From the NCBI GenBank assembly GCA_045564455.1, contig JBJLHG010000002.1:231877-295876 (forward strand): a stretch of DNA of 64,000 nt, in the 5' to 3' direction. Source of the stretch: Gammaproteobacteria bacterium (lineage in GTDB: Bacteria > Pseudomonadota > Gammaproteobacteria > Magnimaribacterales > AG-339-G14). Position numbers and translations under genes: made by a program. The notes under the pieces were generated by a model, which was not told the origin of the DNA, did not search any database, and saw nothing but the letters and a program-made list of their open reading frames with translations. Positions 56,721 to 64,000 of this stretch are shown piece after piece. How positions within the stretch are numbered: the stretch's first letter is position 1; every line of letters begins with the position of its first letter.

Positions 56721-57517
56721 AAATAATTTTTAAAAAATATTCTTAAAGCTCCTAAAATTACTAAAATAGCAAAACCATATCTAAGAGTTTTATCTTCTGA
56801 TTTAGAAGATAGGTTAGCCCCAATTCTTGCAAAATAAATACTCGTCAAGCCAACTATTAAAATAGCCGGAACATAGAGGGAGCCGAATGCATATGGTATT
56901 TTTTGATCTGTTTCAGGATAAACAAAATATGCTGAAATTGTTATAGACAAAGCTATAAACCAGCCAAGAGTAGAAGAATTACCAATAGCTTTGTGCATAG
57001 ACGATCCTCTGTATTTAAAGTAAGGGACCATAATAATTCCTCCACCAATCCCAACTATAGAGGCTAAGAAACCTATAGATGAAGATCCTATAGTTTTCTC
57101 TAATGATGAAGAATTTTTAATTACTTCCTTAGGCTCAAAATTTAAAGCAAGTTGAAATGCTACGGCGATTAAAAAAATTGATATTAATAAATTTACAGCT
57201 TCAAATCCAATTTCTAAGGAGGCAAATCTTCCAAGAACTGTTCCAATAATTATCCCGGGAATCATAAATTTTATTATGTCTAATTCAACATTATTATTTT
57301 TATTATGAACATACGCACCTGATGAAATCGCAAATACCATTGTTGCTCCAGAAGATCCTGTTGCCATATAAGGAATTAATTCAGGTGGGAATCCTAAATA
57401 TTCAAAAAGAAAAATATAAGCTGGAACTAAAATTATTCCACTTCCTATTCCAAAAAATCCTGAAAGAAGGCCAGAAAAAATACCAAGAATTATTAAAGGA
57501 AAAATTAGTTCAATCAT
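56717..57517 (-). CDS. TauE/SafE family sulfite/organosulfonate exporter-like membrane protein
   Basis: 266 aa with 7-8 TM segments and duplicated GIG(S/G)G motifs. Confidence 0.75.
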   Translation of the reverse strand: MIELIFPLIILGIFSGLLSGFFGIGSGIILVPAYIFLFEYLGFPPELIPYMATGSSGATMVFAISSGAYVHNKNNNVELDIIKFMIPGIIIGTVLGRFASLEIGFEAVNLLISIFLIAVAFQLALNFEPKEVIKNSSSLEKTIGSSSIGFLASIVGIGGGIIMVPYFKYRGSSMHKAIGNSSTLGWFIALSITISAYFVYPETDQKIPYAFGSLYVPAILIVGLTSIYFARIGANLSSKSEDKTLRYGFAILVILGALRIFFKNYL

Positions 57518-57572
57518 CGATATCTCATTATCGCTTATCTATAAGCTCTGATAAACTTATGTTTTTCCAATT

Positions 57573-58325
57573 ATGTGTTTAATTTTGCTTGCTCAAAAGC
57601 CATCAAATGAATTTAAGTTTGTTATGGCATCTAATCGAGATGAATTTTATTCTCGACCCACATTACCTATCCATTGGTGGACGAATATAGATGGACTTTT
57701 AGCAGGAAAGGATCTTGAACAAGGAGGAACCTGGATGGCTATATCAAAAAAAGGAAAATTTGCAGCTGTAACTAATGTTAGAGAATTTTATTCTAAAAAT
57801 TATCTAGATAAAAGTTATCTTTCTAGAGGTGATTTGGTCAAGGATTTTTTTAGCACCGGAAAAACCTCAGAGGACTATTTAAATAGTATTGATGAGGATA
57901 ATTATTTAGGCTTTAATTTATGTCTTTACGACCAGGATAAAGTTTCCCTTTTTTCTTCTAAAGGAAGAGAAGTTTTGGAAAAAGATAATTTTTTTGTTTT
58001 AGGAAATAAGCCAATTGGAAAAAAATCAGCAAAAATAGACTTAGCAAAAAAAGAGTTTAAAAATATTTTAAAATCAAATTTTAAAAATTCAGATCTTTTG
58101 AAATTGATGCAAGAACCTTCTGAGCGTTATGAATTTGAAAGAGAGAACCTAAAATCCAGACATGGCAATGAAATTTCTGCCAGATTTATCAAATCTGAGG
58201 TGTATGGAACTAGATCCACCACCGTTATGACAATAAATTATAAAAATAAAGTTTCTATTTCTGAGCAATTATATGAAAAGAATGGAAAATTTGGATCTTC
58301 CAGTAATTTTGAGTTTAAAATTTAA
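57573..58325 (+). CDS. NRDE (TANGO2-like) family protein
   Basis: MCLILLA N-terminus (Cys2), ASNRDEF (NRDE motif) and GGTWMA. Confidence 0.8.
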   Translation: MCLILLAQKPSNEFKFVMASNRDEFYSRPTLPIHWWTNIDGLLAGKDLEQGGTWMAISKKGKFAAVTNVREFYSKNYLDKSYLSRGDLVKDFFSTGKTSEDYLNSIDEDNYLGFNLCLYDQDKVSLFSSKGREVLEKDNFFVLGNKPIGKKSAKIDLAKKEFKNILKSNFKNSDLLKLMQEPSERYEFERENLKSRHGNEISARFIKSEVYGTRSTTVMTINYKNKVSISEQLYEKNGKFGSSSNFEFKI

Positions 58326-58798
58326 TGAATATAAAAGTTAGAGAAGGATATAGACCAAATGTGGCTATGATAGTTATCAATAATGATAATAAGGTTTTAA
58401 TTTGCCGAAGAAGAAATACTCAAACTTGGCAATTTCCTCAGGGAGGAATTGATTCAAACGAAAACATTCAAGAAGCCATGTATAGAGAGTTGCACGAAGA
58501 AGTCGGATTATCAAAAGAAGATGTCAATATTATAGGGGAGTCAAAAAAAACGATTACTTATGACATACCCATCACTTTAAGATCAAAAGTCTTAGGAGGA
58601 AAATTTAAAGGTCAGGATCAAAAATGGTTTCTTCTTAAAACTATAAAAGATGATTTAAAAATAAATTTAAATAATGAGATGATTCCAGAATTTGAAGAAT
58701 TTGAATGGGTTTCATACTGGCGATCTTTAGACAGGATAATTGATTTTAAAAAAGAAGCTTATCGTCAAGCTTTAACTGAATTGAGATTCTTTGTATGA
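58325..58798 (+). CDS. rppH: RNA pyrophosphohydrolase
   Basis: GYRPNVAMIV and Nudix box GGIDSNENIQEAMYRELHEEVGL. 157 aa. Confidence 0.9.
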   Translation: MNIKVREGYRPNVAMIVINNDNKVLICRRRNTQTWQFPQGGIDSNENIQEAMYRELHEEVGLSKEDVNIIGESKKTITYDIPITLRSKVLGGKFKGQDQKWFLLKTIKDDLKINLNNEMIPEFEEFEWVSYWRSLDRIIDFKKEAYRQALTELRFFV

Positions 58799-59439
58799 AA
58801 TTGGCGATTTATGATTTGGATGATACTTTGCTCTGCGGAGACAGTGAATTTAAATGGGCAAAATTTAATGTAAAAAAAGGTTTAATCGCAGAGGATCTTT
58901 ACATAAAAAAAATCTCTAAATTTGAAAAAGATTACAGAAGCGGAAATCTTGATTTTGAAGCTTACTGTAAATTTCTTATTAATCCTCTAGTGAATAAACA
59001 CATCAATGAAGTAAAAGAGTTGGTAAGAGAGTTTATATTTGAATATAAGGATCAATTGATAGATAAGTTAACTTATGAGCTTTTAGAGAGGCATGATGGA
59101 GATAAAATTATTATTGCATCTGGATCATTAGATTTCATAGTTGAAGGATTTTCAGAACTTTTTTCAGTATCGAATTTCTTAGGATCACCAATAGAGCTTA
59201 ACGAGGGAATAGTTACTGGTAATTTAGGAGGCACTCCGACCTTTGCTGAAGGCAAATTAAAAGCTGTATCTAAATGGTGTGAAGATAAAAGTTATATTTT
59301 GGAAGACGCATTCTTTTATACTGATTCCATTAATGATTTGCCTCTCGTAAAAGCATGTAAAAATAGTATTATTATTTCACCAGATAAAAAGTTAAAAATT
59401 TATGCAGAAGCTAATTCGTTAGAAATAGTAAATAGATAA
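58795..59439 (+). CDS. HAD-IB family hydrolase
   Basis: Motif I IYDLDDTL, motif II IIASGS, and motif IV YTDSINDLP. Confidence 0.8.
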   Translation: MKLAIYDLDDTLLCGDSEFKWAKFNVKKGLIAEDLYIKKISKFEKDYRSGNLDFEAYCKFLINPLVNKHINEVKELVREFIFEYKDQLIDKLTYELLERHDGDKIIIASGSLDFIVEGFSELFSVSNFLGSPIELNEGIVTGNLGGTPTFAEGKLKAVSKWCEDKSYILEDAFFYTDSINDLPLVKACKNSIIISPDKKLKIYAEANSLEIVNR

Positions 59440-59447
59440 TTAAATAA

Positions 59448-60656
59448 ATGAAAGATAAAAAATTAGCATTACAAAAAAAATATAATGCATTAAAAAAATT
59501 AAATTTAAAATTAGATTTAACGAGAGGGAAGCCATCAGAAAAACAATTGAGCCTCTCAAATGCATTGTTAAATAATTTAAGCCCTAATAGTTTTAAGTTA
59601 AATGGAGTTGATATTAGAAATTATGGAGAAATCGATGGATTGCCAGATGCTAAAAAATTAGGTGCTTCTTTGTTAGGAGTTAAATCTTCAAATATCATAG
59701 TAAATGGAACGAGCAGCTTAAATTTAACCGCAGCAATGATGCAGACCCTTTTTTTTAGAGGAAATGGAGACTTGTCATGGAAAGAAAGAAAAAAAATATC
59801 AATTTTGTGTCCTGTTCCTGGATATGACAGACACTTTTCTCTTTGCGAGGAGTTGGGATTAAATATGATTAACATCCCTTTAACAGGGAATGGCCCTGAC
59901 ATGGACTTAGTTGAGTCTATTGTTAAGAAAGATAAATCCGTAAGAGGAATTATCTGTGTACCAAAAAATTCAAATCCAACTGGAGAAACTTATTCTCGAG
60001 ATGTTTTAAAAAGATTAGCAAGGCTGCCTAAATTAGGAGCCAAAGATTTTATGATTTTTTATGATAATGCATATGCAGTTCATGATTTTTCAAAATCAAA
60101 AAAATTAGTGAACATTTATAAATTTTGTGAGGACTTCAAAACTACAAATAACATTTCTCTATTTTCAAGCACTAGCAAAATTACTTTTGCTGGGTCTGGA
60201 CTTGCTTTTATGGGAGCTTCTGAAAAAACTTTAAAAAACTTTTTATCTTTCTTTAGTAAGACGATGGTCGGTTCAGATAAAGTAAATCAAGCTAGGCATG
60301 TAAAGTTCTTTAAAAATTCTGATATGTTGAAAAATCACATGGAAAAATTAGGAGAATTAATAAAGCCTAAATTTGATATTGTTGAATCTCATTTATCAAA
60401 ACTACCAGAAGGATTGGCAGAATGGAGTCATCCTACAGGAGGGTATTTTGTATCCTTTAATTCAAAACCAGGCAAAGCTTCTAGAATTTATCGGTTATGT
60501 GCAGATGCAGGCCTTAAACTAACTCCTGTAGGTGCAACTTTCCCATATGGCAAAGATCCAAAAAATCAAAACTTAAGATTATCTCCAACTCAAGTTAAAG
60601 ATTCTGATTTAAAGAAAGCAATGGAGATTTTCGTCATTGCGGTTTTATTAAGCTAA
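59448..60656 (+). CDS. PLP-dependent aminotransferase (class I/II fold)
   Basis: NPTG, FYDNAYA, and SSTSKITFAGSG (PLP lysine). Confidence 0.8.
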   Translation: MKDKKLALQKKYNALKKLNLKLDLTRGKPSEKQLSLSNALLNNLSPNSFKLNGVDIRNYGEIDGLPDAKKLGASLLGVKSSNIIVNGTSSLNLTAAMMQTLFFRGNGDLSWKERKKISILCPVPGYDRHFSLCEELGLNMINIPLTGNGPDMDLVESIVKKDKSVRGIICVPKNSNPTGETYSRDVLKRLARLPKLGAKDFMIFYDNAYAVHDFSKSKKLVNIYKFCEDFKTTNNISLFSSTSKITFAGSGLAFMGASEKTLKNFLSFFSKTMVGSDKVNQARHVKFFKNSDMLKNHMEKLGELIKPKFDIVESHLSKLPEGLAEWSHPTGGYFVSFNSKPGKASRIYRLCADAGLKLTPVGATFPYGKDPKNQNLRLSPTQVKDSDLKKAMEIFVIAVLLS

Positions 60657-60725
60657 GTAATATACTGTTTCTTAAAGTAAAATTGCTTACGTTATTTATA
60701 AAAAGGAAACATCAGAGAGGACAAA

Positions 60726-60950
60726 ATGATAAAAAATATTTCAATTTTTCTTATAGCCATAGCTTTCAGCGGTTTCTTATCTGCAGGAGGAGGGGAATTA
60801 GCAATTAAACAAAAGGAAGCAAAGAGATTGCTTGAGGAAGCTGAATCGTTCTCATCGGAAAGTCAAAAAGAAGAAACTAAACCTTTAGCTCTAAAAAATA
60901 GTCATAAAATAAGACTTTTCAAAAACGGCTGGAAAGGGCCTAATTTTTAG
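60726..60950 (+). CDS. Small secreted hypothetical protein
   Basis: 74 aa with a signal peptide. The SD sequence GAGAGGA lies upstream. Confidence 0.4.
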   Translation: MIKNISIFLIAIAFSGFLSAGGGELAIKQKEAKRLLEEAESFSSESQKEETKPLALKNSHKIRLFKNGWKGPNF

Positions 60951-61279
60951 TTTCTAGCGCCCTGAAGTATTTCGTAAGAATTATTTTTATAAGGACCAAA
61001 ATTGTCCATTACATCTGGATGAGAAACCGGTAGATTAGAGCTATCGGCTAATAGGTTTTGCTGAGAAACATATGCTGTATAAAAAACGTCATCGTTTTCA
61101 GCAAAAACGTGGTAGAAAGGCTGATCTTTTTTAGGTCTCATCTGAGGAGGTATGCTTTGATACCATTCTTCAGTGTTATTGAATTCTGGGTCTACGTCAA
61201 AGATAACACCTCTAAAATCTAAAAATTTATGTTTAACTACTTGCCCAATAGCAAAATTTGTCTCAATAATTTCATTCAT
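60947..61279 (-). CDS. hspQ: Heat shock protein HspQ (YccV/hemimethylated-DNA-binding domain)
   Basis: FAIGQVVKHKFLDFRGVIFDVDPEF and PFYHV. Confidence 0.85.
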   Translation of the reverse strand: MNEIIETNFAIGQVVKHKFLDFRGVIFDVDPEFNNTEEWYQSIPPQMRPKKDQPFYHVFAENDDVFYTAYVSQQNLLADSSNLPVSHPDVMDNFGPYKNNSYEILQGARN

Positions 61280-61327
61280 TTATATTCTCATATTACACTA
61301 TTATATTTGGGACCACTTAATAAAAAT

Positions 61328-62383
61328 TCAAGTCTTATGAGGCTCACTTAAATAATCTTTTGATTGCATTTCAATCAATCTGCTAATGGTTCTTTTATAT
61401 TTTTCAATTAGTTTAGATCTTGTATAAAGAGCAGTAAAATCAGTTTCTGCGGACATTATTATTTTAACTTTACGGTCATAGCACTCATCTATTAAGCTTA
61501 TAAATCTTCTGGCTTCATCATCTGATTCAATTATTGGAACGTCAGAAATAAGAACATTATGAAATTCTTTTGCAATTTCAATATAGTCTGCAGAACTTCT
61601 AGGAGAAGAACATATTTCATCAAAATTAAACCAGATTGTTCCTTCTGAACTTTTGTTAATAATAATTTTTCTATCTAAGATTTTGATAGATTTTTTATTA
61701 TGTTCTTTTGCTTTTGATAAAGCATCATAAGATTTAGACATACTATTTTCAGAAGTAATTCCAAGAGGAGTAAAGAACAGTTCTGTTTGTTCTAAAGCTC
61801 TCAACCTATAATCATTTTCTGAGTCTAGAAAAAAAATCTCGCAATTATCTTCAATAGATTTAATGGCGGGTAAAAATAATTTTCTTTGAAGTCCGTTTGC
61901 ATACAAATTTTTAGGCTCTATATTTGATGTAGTAACTAAACATACTCCAGAATTAAAAAGCTCTGTCATGAAGCGCCCTAAAAGCATTGCATCTCCAATA
62001 TCCTCTACAAAAAACTCATCAAAACAAAGTACAGAATAATTTTTTGAAAGCTTTTTAACAATTTTCTTGATGGGATCTTTCTCTCCTTTAAGAGTGTGTA
62101 AATCAGCATGAAGATTATTCATAAATCTATGAAAGTGAAGCCTGATTTTTCGATCAGTTTTTAAGTGATCAAAAAACATATCCATAACGAAAGTTTTTCC
62201 TCTACCTACCTCACCATGAATATATAAACTTCGAGCCCTGTTACTTTTTCTAAGAAAATGAAAAAGAAACGAAGAAGTGTTTAAGATTTTAGTTCTTTCT
62301 TCTAATTTCTCTACAAGAGATAGCTGGAATTGATCCAGAAGAATATGCCCGCTATTAGCTTCTTTTAAGTATGTTTTTTTCAG
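61328..62383 (-). CDS. zapE: Cell division protein ZapE (AFG1-like ATPase), with a non-canonical or unresolved start
   Basis: Walker A GEVGRGKT is encoded at about 62186-62215, upstream of the first ATG (62185). Walker B is VLCFDEFFV. The frame is open up to 62452 with no ATG, GTG or TTG. CTG 62383-62381 forms CTGA with the upstream gene's stop. Confidence 0.8.
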   Translation of the reverse strand: MKKTYLKEANSGHILLDQFQLSLVEKLEERTKILNTSSFLFHFLRKSNRARSLYIHGEVGRGKTFVMDMFFDHLKTDRKIRLHFHRFMNNLHADLHTLKGEKDPIKKIVKKLSKNYSVLCFDEFFVEDIGDAMLLGRFMTELFNSGVCLVTTSNIEPKNLYANGLQRKLFLPAIKSIEDNCEIFFLDSENDYRLRALEQTELFFTPLGITSENSMSKSYDALSKAKEHNKKSIKILDRKIIINKSSEGTIWFNFDEICSSPRSSADYIEIAKEFHNVLISDVPIIESDDEARRFISLIDECYDRKVKIIMSAETDFTALYTRSKLIEKYKRTISRLIEMQSKDYLSEPHKT

Positions 62384-62667
62384 TTTACGCTTTTGTGAAC
62401 TGTAATTTCTGGCGCACCGTCTAAGAATGGTGCAAGCGCCATTCCTAATGCTTTAAAATGATCAGTTTGAACATGGTTTGCATGCGCTTCTTCTGTTTTA
62501 TAAAGCTCTATCATCATTATTACCAACGGATCTTCAGTCTCGTGCATTTCGTAATAAAAACAGTCAGGCTCATTGTCTGATACAGCACGAACGAGCTTAT
62601 TCATTGCTTCTATAAAATTATCCTTATCGCCATCTTTTATCTTTAATTTTGCTATTGCTCCAATCAT
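62380..62667 (-). CDS. Antibiotic-biosynthesis-monooxygenase (ABM) family protein
   Basis: 95-aa ferredoxin-like fold, with ELYKTEEAHANHVQTDHFK typical of YgiN-like quinol monooxygenases. Confidence 0.8.
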   Translation of the reverse strand: MIGAIAKLKIKDGDKDNFIEAMNKLVRAVSDNEPDCFYYEMHETEDPLVIMMIELYKTEEAHANHVQTDHFKALGMALAPFLDGAPEITVHKSVN

Positions 62668-62738
62668 TTTTTTCCTCTTTTTGTTATTATTATTAATACA
62701 TTAGTTAAGTATAACTTTTAAATACAAGAGGATAAATC

Positions 62739-63353
62739 ATGATAAAAATATGGGGTACAGAAAATTCAAGAGCTATGAGACCAATCTGGACAGCAGAAGA
62801 AATGGGACTAGATTATGAGTTAAATATGATGCCCTTTCCCCCTAGAGTATTCATGAAAGAGTATCTTGATGTAAATATGTTAGGAACCATACCTTATCTA
62901 GTAGACGATCAAGTTAAAATGACTGAGTCGGTAGCTATGTCTCAATATTTAGTAGAAAAATACGGACCAACAGATTTAAGAGTTACACCTGATGAGCCAG
63001 ACTATCCAGCCTATCTAAATTGGCTTTATCATTCAGATGCCACCTTAACTTTCCCTCAAACTGTAGTCTTGAGATACAAACTTCAAGAGCCAGGTGTTGC
63101 AGATGCTGCAGTAGAAGGTTATAGCAGATGGTTTGTTTCAAGATTAAAGCTTTTAGAATCTTCACTAGAAGATAAAGAATACCTTTGTTCAGATAGATTT
63201 ACTATTGCAGATATTTGTGTGAGTTATGCAATAAATCTTGCGGATTCCTTAGGAATTCAGCAGGCTTTTAAACCTAATATTAAGAGATGGACTGATAAAT
63301 TATTTGAAAGAGAGGCTTTTAAAAAATCTAAAAGTTATAAATTTGAAGAGTAA
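62739..63353 (+). CDS. Glutathione S-transferase family protein
   Basis: N-terminal thioredoxin-like domain (GTIPYLVDD, ESVAMSQYL) and a C-terminal helical domain (FTIADI). Confidence 0.8.
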   Translation: MIKIWGTENSRAMRPIWTAEEMGLDYELNMMPFPPRVFMKEYLDVNMLGTIPYLVDDQVKMTESVAMSQYLVEKYGPTDLRVTPDEPDYPAYLNWLYHSDATLTFPQTVVLRYKLQEPGVADAAVEGYSRWFVSRLKLLESSLEDKEYLCSDRFTIADICVSYAINLADSLGIQQAFKPNIKRWTDKLFEREAFKKSKSYKFEE

Positions 63354-63377
63354 AAAAAGCTAGGCTAAGTTAAAACT

Positions 63378-64000
63378 TTATTTTTTAGGCGGGAAAGGAA
63401 TCAAAATAGAAGTTTTCTCTATGTAATCCATATATTCAGAATTATTCGACCATTTTTTCATTCCTCTTGCCTCCAATAAATTTATTCCACTAACTTTAGT
63501 GAGTAAAAATATAATAAAAATAGGAGATATATAAGCAACCAATTGCCATCCGCTTAAAACAGGGGCTGCAATAACAGCTATACCTATCCACAATGTTATT
63601 TCTCCAAAGTAATTTGGATGACGTGACCAAGACCATAGGCCCTTGGTTATGAATAGATCTTTATTTGTTGAATCAGATTTAAAATTCGTTTTTTGTTGAT
63701 CAGAAATTACTTCAATAGAAAAACCAAGTAACCATACTAGAGATCCTATTATTGCCAAAATATCTATAGCAGCTTTATTCTCTGATGTAATAGCAGCTAA
63801 AGCCATAGCCATTGTGAGAAAAACCCATAAACCTTGAATAGTCCAAGTCATTAAGAACCACCAAAAATTTGTTTTCATTATATCGAACCTTCCATCTTTA
63901 CCATCTCTTTTAATCCTAAAGAACAAAAAAGAACCCAATCGAGAAGCCCAAATCCATATTAAAACGGTTAATAAAATATCTCTTAAAGAAACATCTATCG
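63378..64000 (-). CDS. DUF1295 / steroid 5-alpha-reductase-like membrane protein (5' end beyond the window)
   Basis: RHPNYFGEITLWIG signature. The frame stays open upstream of the track start (63938 is TTG) through position 64000. Confidence 0.75.
   Translation of the reverse strand, partial: IDVSLRDILLTVLIWIWASRLGSFLFFRIKRDGKDGRFDIMKTNFWWFLMTWTIQGLWVFLTMAMALAAITSENKAAIDILAIIGSLVWLLGFSIEVISDQQKTNFKSDSTNKDLFITKGLWSWSRHPNYFGEITLWIGIAVIAAPVLSGWQLVAYISPIFIIFLLTKVSGINLLEARGMKKWSNNSEYMDYIEKTSILIPFPPKK

Noticed and set aside
62380-62400. A programmed -1 frameshift fusing the ABM protein to ZapE at the AAAAGC or A7 tracts.
   Set aside because: There is no X XXY YYZ slippery heptamer in the ABM frame before its TGA. 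The A7 run lies after the stop, and the third frame is closed by TAA. A fusion product is therefore not supported.
1-64000. A window-wide search for tRNA, rRNA, CRISPR repeats, insertion sequences, integrases, toxin-antitoxin pairs or defence-system genes.
   Set aside because: No intergenic gap exceeds about 255 nt. No repeat-spacer periodicity was seen, and no ORF carries transposase, recombinase or nuclease signatures. The window reads as conserved core chromosome.

Overview
This window is a visibly AT-rich, very tightly packed chromosomal segment. It looks like the core genome of a streamlined, probably marine, gammaproteobacterium. The taxonomic guess rests on gene order: yggS-proC-yggT, metX-metW-rdgB and rpoH-thiS-thiG-trmB as in Pseudomonas-like genomes, and a Vibrio-type TonB2 cluster. 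I can support about 85 genes.

Many neighbouring genes overlap by 1-8 nt (ATGA, TAATG or TTGA junctions). I saw no rRNA, tRNA, CRISPR array, transposase, integrase or phage gene, and almost no convincing intrinsic terminators.

Content from left to right:
- A glutathione/electrophile-detoxification and redox neighbourhood: TauD-like dioxygenase, two MAPEG proteins, a YfcG-like GST, an HCCA-isomerase-like kappa GST, VOC proteins, crotonase, esterase, cytochrome b561 and an MDR oxidoreductase.
- Phospholipid genes (psd, pssA, acyltransferase), followed by a WbbL-like GT2 and rfbBDAC.
- A five-gene c-di-GMP/phosphorelay module.
- nadB, uvrD, and a split TRAP transporter flanking a lipoprotein M19 dipeptidase.
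- rpoH-thiSG-trmB, then an eight-gene run with no intergenic spacers (efp to rdgB).
- A six-gene TonB2-type cluster.
- folA-thyA-lgt, rppH, hspQ and zapE.

The most interesting signals are:
1. A 15-codon polycysteine micro-ORF (MCECCDCCECTCCTK) just upstream of the TauD-family sulfonate dioxygenase. It is a candidate cysteine-sensing leader peptide.
2. A diguanylate cyclase that carries a histidine-kinase DHp domain with no ATPase domain.
3. A ZapE ATPase whose P-loop lies upstream of the first canonical start codon, with a CTGA junction to the preceding gene.
4. A 19-codon relic of a copper amine oxidase gene.
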